Below, in pieces: positions 27,928-42,700 of a stretch of DNA of 64,000 bases. The stretch is from Squalus acanthias (Eukaryota), in the NCBI GenBank assembly GCA_030390025.1, contig CM059433.1:29886001-29950000 (forward strand), given 5' to 3'. The number at the start of each line of letters is the position of its first letter. The first letter of the stretch is position 1. Made by a program: the position numbers and the translations under genes. The notes beneath the pieces were generated by a model that was not told the origin of the DNA, searched no databases, and saw only the letters and a list, made by a program, of their open reading frames with translations.

Positions 27928-30900
27928 AAAGAAATATACCACAACAGAGAAAGATACAGCAACACAGAAATATACAACAAGACTGAAATATACCACAAAA
28001 CAGAAATATACAACACAGAAATATACCACAACACAGAAATATACAACAACACAGAAATATACAACAACAAAGAAATATACAACAACACTGAAATATACCA
28101 CAACACAGAAATATATAACACAGAAATATACCACAACACAGAAATGTACAACACAGAAATATACAACACAGAAATATACCACAACACAGAAATATACTAC
28201 AACACGAAATATACAACACAGAAATGTACAACACAGAAATGTACAACACAGAAATATACAACAAGACTGAAATATACCACAACACAGAAATATACAACAC
28301 AGAAATATACCACAACACAGAAATATACAACAACACAGAAATATACAACAACAAAGAAATATACAACAATACTGAAATATACCACAACACAGAAATGTAC
28401 AACAACACAGAAATATACAACAACACAGAAATATGCAACACAGAAATTTACAACAACACAGAAATATTAAACAACACCGAAATATACAACACTGGAATTT
28501 GCCTGAAACCAGAGGTATATAACAACACAGAAAAATGCAACAATGCTGAAATATACAACAACACTAAAATATACAACACAGAAATATAGAACTACACAGA
28601 AATATACAACACAGAAATATACAATGCAGAAATATACCACAACACAGAAATATACAACAACACAGAAATATACAACACAGAAATACAACATGGAAATATT
28701 CAACACAGAAATATACCACAACACAAAAATATACAACAACACAGTAATGTACAACAACACAGAAATATATAACAACACAGAAATATACAACAACACAGAA
28801 ATGTACAACAACACAGAAATATATAACAACACAGAAATATACCACAACACAGAAATATACAACAACGCAGAAATATACAACAACACTGAAATATACAACA
28901 CAGAAATATACCACAACATAGAAATATACAACACAGAAATATACATCACAGAAATATACAATATAACAGAAACATTCAACACAGAAATATACAGCACAGA
29001 AATATACAACAGAGAAATATACAACACATTAATATACCAACACACAGAAATATACAGCAACACAGAAATATGCAACAACACAGAAATATACAAGAACACA
29101 GAAATATACAACACAGAAATATACAACACAGAAATATACAACACAGAAATATACAACACAGAAATATACATCACAGAAATATACAATATAACAGAAACAT
29201 TCAACACAGAAATATACAGCACAGAAATATACAACAGAGAAATATACAACATAGAAATATACCACAAAACAGAAATATACAACAACACAGAAATTACCAC
29301 AACACAGAAATATACATCACAGAAATATACAACACATTAATATACCAACACACAGAAATATACAGCAACACAGAAATATGCAACAACACAGAAATATACA
29401 AGAACACAGAAATATACAAAACAGAAATATACAACACAGAAATATTCAGCAACACAGAAATGTATCAGAACACAGAAATATACAATGCAGAAATATACCA
29501 CAACACAGAAATATACAGCAACAAAGAAATGAACACCACAGAAATATACCACAACACAAAAATATACAACAACACAGAAATGTACAACAACACAGAAATA
29601 TATAACAACACAGATATATACAAGAACACAGAAATGTACCGCAACACTGAAATATACAACACAGAAATATAAAACAAAGAAATATACAACACAGAAATAT
29701 ACCACAACACAGAAAAATACAACAACACAGAAATATATCACAACACAGAAATATACAACAAGGCTGAAATATACAACAACACAGAAATATACAACAACAC
29801 AGAAATATACCACAACACAGAAATAAACAACACAGAAATATACCACACCACAACACAGAAATATTCCACACAGGCATGTACCACAACACTGAAATATACA
29901 ACACAGAAATATACCACAACACAGAAATATACAACACAGAAATATACATCACAGAAATATACAATATAACAGAAACATTCAACACAGAAATATACAGCAC
30001 AGAAATATACAACAGAGAAATATACAACATAGAAATATACCACAAAACAGAAATATACAACAACACAGAAATTACCACAACACAGAAATATACATCACAG
30101 AAATATACAACACATTAATATACCAACACACAGAAATATACAGCAACACAGAAATATGCAACAACACAGAAATATACAAGAACACAGAAATATACAACAC
30201 AGAAATATACAACACAGAAATATACAACACAGAAATATACATCACAGAAATATACAATATAACAGAAACATTCAACACAGAAATATACAGCACAGAAATA
30301 TACAACAGAGAAATATACAACATAGAAATATACCACAAAACAGAAATATACAACAACACAGAAATTACCACAACACAGAAATATACATCACAGAAATATA
30401 CAACACATTAATATACCAACACACAGAAATATACAGCAACACAGAAATATGCAACAACACAGAAATATACAAGAACACAGAAATATACAACACAGAAATA
30501 TACAACACAGAAATATTCAGCAACACAGAAATGTATCAGAACACAGAAATATACAATGCAGAAATATACCACAACACAGAAATATACAGCAACAAAGAAA
30601 TGAACACCACAGAAATATACCACAACACAAAAATATACAACAACACAGAAATGTACAACAACACAGAAATATATAACAACACAGATATATACAAGAACAC
30701 AGAAATGTACCGCAACACTGAAATATACAACACAGAAATATAAAACAAAGAAATATACAACACAGAAATATACCACAACACAGAAAAATACAACAACACA
30801 GAAATATATCACAACACAGAAATATACAACAAGGCTGAAATATACAACAACACAGAAATATACAACAACACAGAAATATACCACAACACAGAAATAAACA

Positions 30901-31218
30901 ACACAGAAATATACCACACCACAACACAGAAATATTCCACACAGGCATGTACCACAACACAGAAATATACAACAACACAGAAATATACCACAACACAGAA
31001 ATATACAACACAGAAATATACAACAAAGAAATATACAACACAGAAATATACCACAACACAGAAATATACAACAATGCAGAAATATACAACAACACTGAAA
31101 TATACAACACAGAAATATACCACAACACAGAAATATACAACACAGAACTCTACCATCACACAGAAATATACAACACTGAAATATAGAACTACACAGAAAT
31201 ATACAACACATAAATATA

Positions 31219-32109
31219 GGGGGAGAAATTCAGTATCGCCCCATTTGGGGCGCAATTATCGGCCGGGCGCAAAGATTAGCGCCTGGCGTTAATTATCGCC
31301 ACCGACTGCAAACTTGACTTTTATCGCCCCTGGAGGTGATTGGAGCACTAAATCAGGAGCTTCACACCTGCCTTAAGGCGCAAAGGCCGATGAGCGAGGC
31401 GCTACCTCAGAGCGCTGGCGAAGCTCATGTGATGTCAGTCAGCAATGGAACACACACACAATGGCACCGGTCAGTTCTTAAAGGGGATGGTTGATCTTGC
31501 TTTCCATCCACATCCTGCTCATTGCAGCCTTGAATCCCGGCCTGGAGAGACCTGCACATCAAATCTGCTGGAAAGAACAATGGAGAGTACCAGGGAAAGA
31601 GCTTAGAGTGCAGCCCCAACAGTCTCTTCTAAATCGATACAAGGAATGGCAAATCAAAATGAACCTGCAAAGTGCTACTCAGTACCCAAAACTCCTTCAC
31701 ACAGCATTGAATCTCTCCAGAAGTCTCTCTCTCTCTCTCAGAATGCGTGGTTGAAAAATGGCACCAACGATAAAAGGCAGGAAGCGGTCGCCTTTAAATA
31801 GTGCTCCCCCAGTCACTTCATGACTGCAAAACGCTCCCCTCAACCTGTCGTTGCTAGCGTCAGGCGGTAAGGCAGGGGGCGACACTCAATATCTGCTCCG
31901 GGACGATACCGGGGCGTTGCGCACTCGACTGACGTCATGATCTGCCGGCGCAGGAGATCGTGGCAGTAGTGTTTAGCGCCGCCGCAAAATGTCTAGTTAA
32001 TTTCACGAGGGGAGCAAACATCGCCGCGCCTGGGCGCTAGATGCTTTGCGCCCCATTAGCGCCCTCTTAAGGTGCTAACGGGAGGCGCAACCAACTGAAT
32101 TTTCCCCCC
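31219..32109. mobile_element. Element B copy 4
   Basis: Near-identical to copy 3 (offset 9137), with the same flanks. Confidence 0.85.
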
Positions 32110-32365
32110 ATACAATGCAGAAATATACCACAACACAAAAATATACAACAACACAGAAATGTACAACAACACAGAAATATATAACAACACAGAAATATAC
32201 AGGAACACAGAAATATACCACAACACAGAAATATACCACAACACAGAAATGAACAACAACACAGAAATATACCACAACACAGAAATATACCACAACACAG
32301 AACTATTCAACAAGACTGAAATATAGCACAACACAGAAATATACAACAACACAAAAATATACCAC

Positions 32366-34348
32366 CTCTCCACACTTGCACCCATGACTCACCTCCACAG
32401 CGGATTTTCGATCCCTCTCACCCCCGCAGACCCACTGCTCGCCTCGTTGACCCTGGCGGGGTTTCCCGACATCGGGAAGCCTGCACTTGCAGGGGTAAAA
32501 TGGTGTTAAGCCTCTCAACTGCCTGTTAACTACCTGTTAACAGGCAGTTAATTGTCTGTAATCCCCTTCCCGCCTCGAGAAGATGGATCCATGCGTGAAT
32601 CGGGGACCCGCCTCCCGAGAAGATGTCATGGAGGCGGGCTGTGAGCGGGGTTGGTACCCGCTCCCAATTTCTGCCATTTTCCTGGCAATCCCGCCTCCAT
32701 ATCGGCCTCCCCAGGGCTGGGAAATTCCCCCCGAAGAATTATACCACAACAGAGAAAGATACAGCAACACAGAAATATACAACAAGACTGAAATATACCA
32801 CAAAACAGAAATATACAACACAGAAATATACCACAACACAGAAATATACAACACAGAAATATACAACACAGAAATATACCACAACACAGAAATGTACAAA
32901 ACAGAAATATACAACACAGAAATATACCACAACACAGAAATGTACTACACAGAAATATACAAGACTGAAATATACCACAACACAGAAATATACAACACAG
33001 AAATATACCACAACACAGAACTATACAACAACACAGAAATATACCACAACACAGAAATGAACAACAACACAGAAATATACCACAACACAGAAATATACCA
33101 CAACACAGAACTATTCAACAAGACTGAAATATAGCACAACACAGAAATATACAACAACACAAAAATATACCACCTCTCCACACTTGCACCAATGACTCAC
33201 CTCCACAGCGGATTTTCGATCCCTCTCACCCCCGCAGACCCACTGCTCGCCTCGTTGACCCTGGCGGGGTTTCCCGACATCGGGAAGCCTGCACTTGCAG
33301 GGGTAAAATGGTGTTAAGCCTCTCAACTGCCTGTTAACTACCTGTTAACAGGCAGTTAATTGTCTGTAATCCCCTTCCCGCCTCGAGAAGACGGATCCAT
33401 GCGTGAATCGGGGACCCACCTCCCGAGAAGATGTCATGGAGGCGGGTTGTGAGCGGGGTTGGGACCCGCTCCCAATTTCTGCCATTTTCCTGGCAATCCC
33501 GCCTCCATATCGGCCTCCCCAGGGCTGGGAAATTCCCCCCGAAGAATTATACCACAACAGAGAAAGATACAGCAACACAGAAATATACAACAAGACTGAA
33601 ATATACCACAAAACAGAAATATACAACACAGAAATATACCACAACACAGAAATATACAACACAGAAATATACAACACAGAAATATACCACAACACAGAAA
33701 TGTACAAAACAGAAATATACAACACAGAAATATACCACAACACAGAAATGTACTACACAGAAATATACAAGACTGAAATATACCACAACACAGAAATATA
33801 CAACACAGAAATATACCACAACACAGAACTATACAACAACACAGAAATATACCACAACACAGAAATGAACAACAACACAGAAATATACCACAACACAGAA
33901 ATATACCACAACACAGAACTATTCAACAAGACTGAAATATAGCACAACACAGAAATATACAACAACACAAAAATATACCACCTCTCCACACTTGCACCAA
34001 TGACTCACCTCCACAGCGGATTTTCGATCCCTCTCACCCCCGCAGACCCACTGCTCGCCTCGTTGACCCTGGCGGGGTTTCCCGACATCGGGAAGCCTGC
34101 ACTTGCAGGGGTAAAATGGTGTTAAGCCTCTCAACTGCCTGTTAACTACCTGTTAACAGGCAGTTAATTGTCTGTAATCCCCTTCCCGCCTCGAGAAGAC
34201 GGATCCATGCGTGAATCGGGGACCCACCTCCCGAGAAGATGTCATGGAGGCGGGTTGTGAGCGGGGTTGGGACCCGCTCCCAATTTCTGCCATTTTCCTG
34301 GCAATCCCGCCTCCATATCGGCCTCCCCAGGGCTGGGAAATTCCCCCC
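32366..34348. mobile_element. Element A copies 19-21 (32366-32732, 33174-33540, 33982-34348)
   Basis: Spacings 808 and 808; these duplicate copies 15-17 at offset 9137. Confidence 0.65.
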
Positions 34349-37300
34349 AAAGAAATATACCACAACAGAGAAAGATACAGCAACACAGAAATATACAACA
34401 AGACTGAAATATACCACAAAACAGAAATATACAACACAGAAATATACCACAACACAGAAATATACAACAACACAGAAATATACAACAACAAAGAAATATA
34501 CAACAACACTGAAATATACCACAACACAGAAATATATAACACAGAAATATACCACAACACAGAAATGTACAACACAGAAATATACAACACAGAAATATAC
34601 CACAACACAGAAATATACTACAACACAGAAATATACAACACAGAAATGTACAACACAGAAATGTACAACACAGAAATATACAACAAGACTGAAATATACC
34701 ACAACACAGAAATATACAACACAGAAATATACCACAACACAGAAATATACAACAACACAGAAATATACAACAACAAAGAAATATACAACAATACTGAAAT
34801 ATACCACAACACAGAAATGTACAACAACACAGAAATATACAACAACACAGAAATATGCAACACAGAAATTTACAACAACACAGAAATATTAAACAACACC
34901 GAAATATACAACACTGGAATATGCCTGAAACCAGAGGTATATAACAACACAGAAAAATGCAACAATGCTGAAATATACAACAACACTAAAATATACAACA
35001 CAGAAATATACCACAACACAGAAATATACAACACAGAACACTACCATCATAGAAATATACAACACAGAAATATAGAACTACACAGAAATATACAACACAG
35101 AAATATACAATGCAGAAATATACCACAACACAGAAATATACAGCAACACAGAAATATGCAACAACACAGAAATATACAAGAACACAGAAATATACAACAC
35201 AGAAATATACAACACAGAAATATACAACACAGAAATATACATCACAGAAATATACAATATAACAGAAACATTCAACACAGAAATATACAGCACAGAAATA
35301 TACAACAGAGAAATATACAACATAGAAATATACCACAAAACAGAAATATACAACAACACAGAAATTACCACAACACAGAAATATACATCACGGAAATATA
35401 CAACACATTAATATACCAACACACAGAAATATACAGCAACACAGAAATATGCAACAACACAGAAATATACAAGAACACAGAAATATACAACACAGAAATA
35501 TACAACACAGAAATATTCAGCAACACAGAAATGTATCAGAACACAGAAATATACAATGCAGAAATATACCACAACACAGAAATATACAGCAACAAAGAAA
35601 TGAACACCACAGAAATATACCACAACACAAAAATATACAACAACACAGAAATGTACAACAACACAGAAATATATAACAACACAGATATATACAAGAACAC
35701 AGAAATGTACCGCAACACTGAAATATACAACACAGAAATATAAAACAAAGAAATATACAACACAGAAATATACCACAACACAGAAAAATACAACAACACA
35801 GAAATATATCACAACACAGAAATATACAACAAGGCTGAAATATACAACAACACAGAAATATACAACAACACAGAAATATACCACAACACAGAAATAAACA
35901 ACACAGAAATATACCACACCACAACACAGAAATATTCCACACAGGCATGTACCACAACACAGAAATATACAACAACACAGAAATATACCACAACACAGAA
36001 ATATACAACACAGAAATATACAACAAAGAAATATACAACACAGAAATATACCACAACACAGAAATATACAACAACGCAGAAATATACAACAACACTGAAA
36101 TATACAACACAGAAATATACCACAACACAGAAATATACAACACAGAAATATACATCACAGAAATATACAATATAACAGAAACATTCAACACAGAAATATA
36201 CAGCACAGAAATATACAACAGAGAAATATACAACATAGAAATATACCACAAAACAGAAATATACAACAACACAGAAATTACCACAACACAGAAATATACA
36301 TCACAGAAATATACAACACATTAATATACCAACACACAGAAATATACAGCAACACAGAAATATGCAACAACACAGAAATATACAAGAACACAGAAATATA
36401 CAACACAGAAATATACAACACAGAAATATACAACACAGAAATATACATCACAGAAATATACAATATAACAGAAACATTCAACACAGAAATATACAGCACA
36501 GAAATATACAACAGAGAAATATACAACATAGAAATATACCACAAAACAGAAATATACAACAACACAGAAATTACCACAACACAGAAATATACATCACAGA
36601 AATATACAACACATTAATATACCAACACACAGAAATATACAGCAACACAGAAATATGCAACAACACAGAAATATACAAGAACACAGAAATATACAACACA
36701 GAAATATACAACACAGAAATATTCAGCAACACAGAAATGTATCAGAACACAGAAATATACAATGCAGAAATATACCACAACACAGAAATATACAGCAACA
36801 AAGAAATGAACACCACAGAAATATACCACAACACAAAAATATACAACAACACAGAAATGTACAACAACACAGAAATATATAACAACACAGATATATACAA
36901 GAACACAGAAATGTACCGCAACACTGAAATATACAACACAGAAATATAAAACAAAGAAATATACAACACAGAAATATACCACAACACAGAAAAATACAAC
37001 AACACAGAAATATATCACAACACAGAAATATACAACAAGGCTGAAATATACAACAACACAGAAATATACAACAACACAGAAATATACCACAACACAGAAA
37101 TAAACAACACAGAAATATACCACACCACAACACAGAAATATTCCACATTGGCATGCACCACAACACAGAAATATACAACAACACAGAAATATACCACAAC
37201 ACAGAAATATACAACACAGAAATATACAACAAAGAAATATACAACACAGAAATATACCACAACACAGAAATATACAACAACGCAGAAATATACAACAACA

Positions 37301-37424
37301 CTGAAATATACAACACAGAAATATACCACAACACAGAAATATACAACACAGAACTCTACCATCACACAGAAATATACAACACTGAAATATAGAACTACAC
37401 AGAAATATACAACACATAAATATA

Positions 37425-38315
37425 GGGGGAGAAATTCAGTATCGCCCCATTTGGGGCGCAATTATCGGCCGGGCGCAAAGATTAGCGCCTGGCGTTAATT
37501 ATCGCCACCGACTGCAAACTTGACTTTTATCGCCCCTGGAGGTGATTGGAGCACTAAATCAGGAGCTTCACACCTGCCTTAAGGCGCAAAGGCCGATGAG
37601 CGAGGCGCTACCTCAGAGCGCTGGCGAAGCTCATGTGATGTCAGTCAGCAATGGAACACACACACAATGGCACCGGTCAGTTCTTAAAGGGGATGGTTGA
37701 TCTTGCTTTCCATCCACATCCTGCTCATTGCAGCCTTGAATCCCGGCCTGGAGAGACCTGCACATCAAATCTGCTGGAAAGAACAATGGAGAGTACCAGG
37801 GAAAGAGCTTAGAGTGCAGCCCCAACAGTCTCTTCTAAATCAATACAAGGAATGGCAAATCAAAATGAACCTGCAAAGTGCTACTCAGTACCCAAAACTC
37901 CTTCACACAGCATTGAATCTCTCCAGAAGTCTCTCTCTCTCTCTCAGAATGCGTGGTTGAAAAATGGCACCAACGATAAAAGGCAGGAAGCGGTCGCCTT
38001 TAAATAGTGCTCCCCCAGTCCCTTCATGACTGCAAAACGCTCCCCTCAACCTGTCGTTGCTAGCGTCAGGCGGTAAGGCAGGGGGCGACACTCAATATCT
38101 GCTCCGGGACGATACCGGGGCGTTGCGCACTCGACTGACGTCATGATCTGCCGGCGCAGGAGATCGTGGCAGTAGTGTTTAGCGCCGCCGCAAAATGTCT
38201 AGTTAATTTCGCGAGGGGAGCAAACATCGCCGCGCCTGGGCGCTAGATGCTTTGCGCCCCATTAGCGCCCTCTTAAGGTGCTAACGGGAGGCGCAACCAA
38301 CTGAATTTTCCCCCC
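37425..38315. mobile_element. Element B copy 5
   Basis: Near-identical. Shares GTCCCTTC and TTCGCGAG with copy 1 and has a private AATCAATAC. Confidence 0.85.
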
Positions 38316-38571
38316 ATACAATGCAGAAATATACCACAACACAAAAATATACAACAACACAGAAATGTACAACAACACAGAAATATATAACAACACAGAA
38401 ATATACAGGAACACAGAAATATACCACAACACAGAAATATACCACAACACAGAAATGAACAACAACACAGAAATATACCACAACACAGAAATATACCACA
38501 ACACAGAACTATTCAACAAGACTGAAATATAGCACAACACAGAAATATACAACAACACAAAAATATACCAC

Positions 38572-39746
38572 CTCTCCACACTTGCACCCATGACTCACCT
38601 CCACAGCGGATTTTCGATCCCTCTCACCCCCGCAGACCCACTGCTCGCCTCGTTGACCCTGGCGGGGTTTCCCGACATCGGGAAGCCTGCACTTGCAGGG
38701 GTAAAATGGTGTTAAGCCTCTCAACTGCCTGTTAACTACCTGTTAACAGGCAGTTAATTGTCTGTAATCCCCTTCCCGCCTCGAGAAGATGGATCCATGC
38801 GTGAATCGGGGACCCGCCTCCCGAGAAGATGTCATGGAGGCGGGCTGTGAGCGGGGTTGGTACCCGCTCCCAATTTCTGCCATTTTCCTGGCAATCCCGC
38901 CTCCATATCGGCCTCCCCAGGGCTGGGAAATTCCCCCCAAAGAATTATACCACAACAGAGAAAGATACAGCAACACAGAAATATAAAACAAGACTGAAAT
39001 ATACCACAAAACAGAAATATACAACACAGAAATATACCACAACACAGAAATATACAACACAGAAATATACAACACAGAAATATACCACAACACAGAAATG
39101 TACAAAACAGAAATATACAACACAGAAATATACCACAACACAGAAATGTACAACACAGAAATATACAAGACTGAAATATACCACAACACAGAAATATACA
39201 ACACAGAAATATACCACAACACAGAACTATACAACAACACAGAAATATACCACAACACAGAAATGAACAACAACACAGAAATATACCACAACACAGAAAT
39301 ATACCACAACACAGAACTATTCAACAAGACTGAAATATAGCACAACACAGAAATATACAACAACACAAAAATATACCACCTCTCCACACTTGCACCCATG
39401 ACTCACCTCCACAGCGGATTTTCGACCCCTCTCACCCCCGCAGACCCACTGCTCGCCTCGTTGACCCTGGCGGGGTTTCCCGACATCGGGAAGCCTGCAC
39501 TTGCAGGGGTAAAATGGTGTTAAGCCTCTCAACTGCCTGTTAACTACCTGTTAACAGGCAGTTAATTGTCTGTAATCCCCTTCCCGCCTCGAGAAGACGG
39601 ATCCATGCGTGAATCGGGGACCCGCCTCCCGAGAAGATGTCATGGAGGCGGGTTGTGAGCGGGGTTGGGACCCGCTCCCAATTTCTGCCATTTTCCTGGC
39701 AATCCCGCCTCCATATCGGCCTCCCCAGGGCTGGGAAATTCCCCCC
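38572..39746. mobile_element. Element A copies 22-23 (38572-38938, 39380-39746), the last copies
   Basis: Spacing 808. They carry mixed and private variants. Confidence 0.65.
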
Positions 39747-42700
39747 AAAGAAATATACCACAACAGAGAAAGATACAGCAACACAGAAATATACAACAAG
39801 ACTGAAATATACCACAAAACAGAAATATACAACACAGAAATATACCACAACACAGAAATATACAACAACACAGAAATATACAACAACAAAGAAATATACA
39901 ACAACACTGAAATATACCACAACACAGAAATATATAACACAGAAATATACCACAACACAGAAATGTACAACACAGAAATATACAACACAGAAATATACCA
40001 CAACACAGAAATATACTACAACACAGAAATATACAACACAGAAATGTACAACACAGAAATGTACAACACAGAAATATACAACAAGACTGAAATATACCAC
40101 AACACAGAAATATACAACACAGAAATATACCACAACACAGAAATATACAACAACACAGAAATATACAACAACAAAGAAATATACAACAATACTGAAATAT
40201 ACCACAACACAGTAATATACAACACAGAAATATACCACAACACAGAAATGTACAACACAGAAATATACTACAACACAGAAATATACTACAACACAGAAAT
40301 ATACAACACAGAAATGTACAACACAGAAATGTACAACACAGAAATATACAACTCAAAAATATACAACAACTCAGAAATATACAGCATAGAAGTATACAAC
40401 AACACATAAATATACAAAATGGAAATATACAACACAGAAATATACAACACAGAAATATACCACAACATAGAAATATACAACAACACAGAAATTTACAACG
40501 CAGAAATATAAAACAAAGAAATATATAACACAAAAATATACAACAACACAGAAATATACAACAACACAGAAATATAAAACAAAGAAATATACAACTACGC
40601 AAAAATATACAACACAGAAATATGCCACAACACAGAAACATACAACACAGAAGTACAACACAGAAATATACAACACAGAAATATACCACAAAACAGAAAA
40701 ATACAACAACACAGAAATGTACAACACAAAAATATACCACAACACAGAAATATACAACACAAAAATATACCACAACACAGAAATATACAAAAACAACACA
40801 TAAATGTACAACAACACAGAAATATACCACAACACAGCAATATATAATAACACAGAAATATTAAACAACATTAAAAAAATACAACACAGAAATATACAAC
40901 ACAGAAATATACCTGAAACCAGAGATATGCAACAATACATAAATATACCACAACACAGAAATATGCAACACAGAAATATGCAACACAGAAATGTACAACA
41001 ACACTGAAATATACCACAACACAGCAACATACAATAAAACAGAAATATTAAACAACACCAAAGAATAAAACACAGAAAGATACAACACAGAAATATGCCT
41101 GAAAACAGAGATATACAACATCACAGAAATATACAACACAGAAATATACCACCACACAGAAATATACAAAAGCACAGAAATATACCACAACACAGAAATA
41201 TACAACAACATGGAAATATAGAATAAGACAGAAATATACCACAATACAGAAAAATACAACAACAGAGAAACATACCACAACACAGAAATATACCACAAAA
41301 CTGAAATATACAACAACACAGAAATGTACAACAACACAGAAATATACAACAACACAGAATTATGCAACACAGAAATTTACAACAACACAGAAATATTAAA
41401 CAACACCGAAATATACAACACAGGAATATGCCTGAAACCAGAGGTATATAACAACACAGAAATATGCAACAATGCTGAAATATACAACAACACGAAAATA
41501 TACAACACAGAAATATACCACAACACAGACATATACAACACAGAACACTACCACCACACAGAAATATACAACACAGAAATATAGAACTCCACAGAAATAT
41601 ACAACACAGAAATATACAATGCAGAAATATACCACAACACAGAAATATACAACAACACAGAAATATACAACACAGAAATTCAACATGGAAATATTCAACA
41701 CAGAAATATACAACAACACAAAAATATACAACAACACAGTAATGTACAACAACACAGAAATATATAACAACACAGAAATATACAACAACACAGAAATGTA
41801 CAACAACACAGAAATATATAACAACACAGAAATATACAACAACACAGAAATGTACAACAACAAAGAAATATATAACAACACAGAAATATACAACAACACT
41901 GAAATATACAACAACACAGAAATGTACAACAACACAGCAATATACAACAACACAGAAATATGCAACACAGAAATTTACAACAACACAGAAATATTAAACA
42001 ACACCGAAATATACAACACAGGAATATGCCTGAAACCAGAGGTATATAACAACACAGAAAAATGCAACAATGCTGAAATATACAACAACACTAAAATATA
42101 CAACACAGAAATATACCACAACACAGAAATATACAACACAGAACACTACCATCACACAGAAATATACAACACAGAAATATAGAACTACACAGAAATATAC
42201 AACACAGAAATATACAATGCAGAAATATACCACAACACAGAAATATACAACAACACAGAAATATACAACACAGAAATACAACATGGAAATATTCAACACA
42301 GAAATATACCACAACACAAAAATATACAACAACACAGAAATGTACAACAACACAGAAATATATAACAACACAGAAATATACAACAACACAGAAATGTACA
42401 ACAACACAGAAATATATAACATCACAGAAATATACAACACTGAAAAATACAACACAGAAATATAAAACAATGAAATATATAACACAGAAATATGCAACAC
42501 AGAAATATACAGCACAGAAATATACCACAACACAGATATATACAACACAGAACTCTACCATCACACAGAAATATATTACACAGAAATATAGAACTACACA
42601 GAAATATGCAACACAGAAATATACAATGCAGAAATATACCGCAACACAGAAATATACAGCAACACAGAAATGAACAACAACACAGAAATATACCACAACA

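Larger units (their letters stand above)
1..40210 (+). repeat. Composite macrosatellite domain: [element B + satellite + n x (element A + satellite)] units of 6.2-9.1 kb
   Basis: Element B starts at 5554, 13676, 22082, 31219 and 37425 (spacings 8122, 8406, 9137, 6206). Element A is spaced mainly at 808 and 1237 bp. Copies are near-identical. Confidence 0.95.

Noticed and set aside
1..39746. CRISPR-like alternation of a conserved palindromic unit and variable spacers
   Set aside because: The conserved unit is 367 bp, the spacers are themselves satellite, and there are no cas genes. The context looks eukaryotic.
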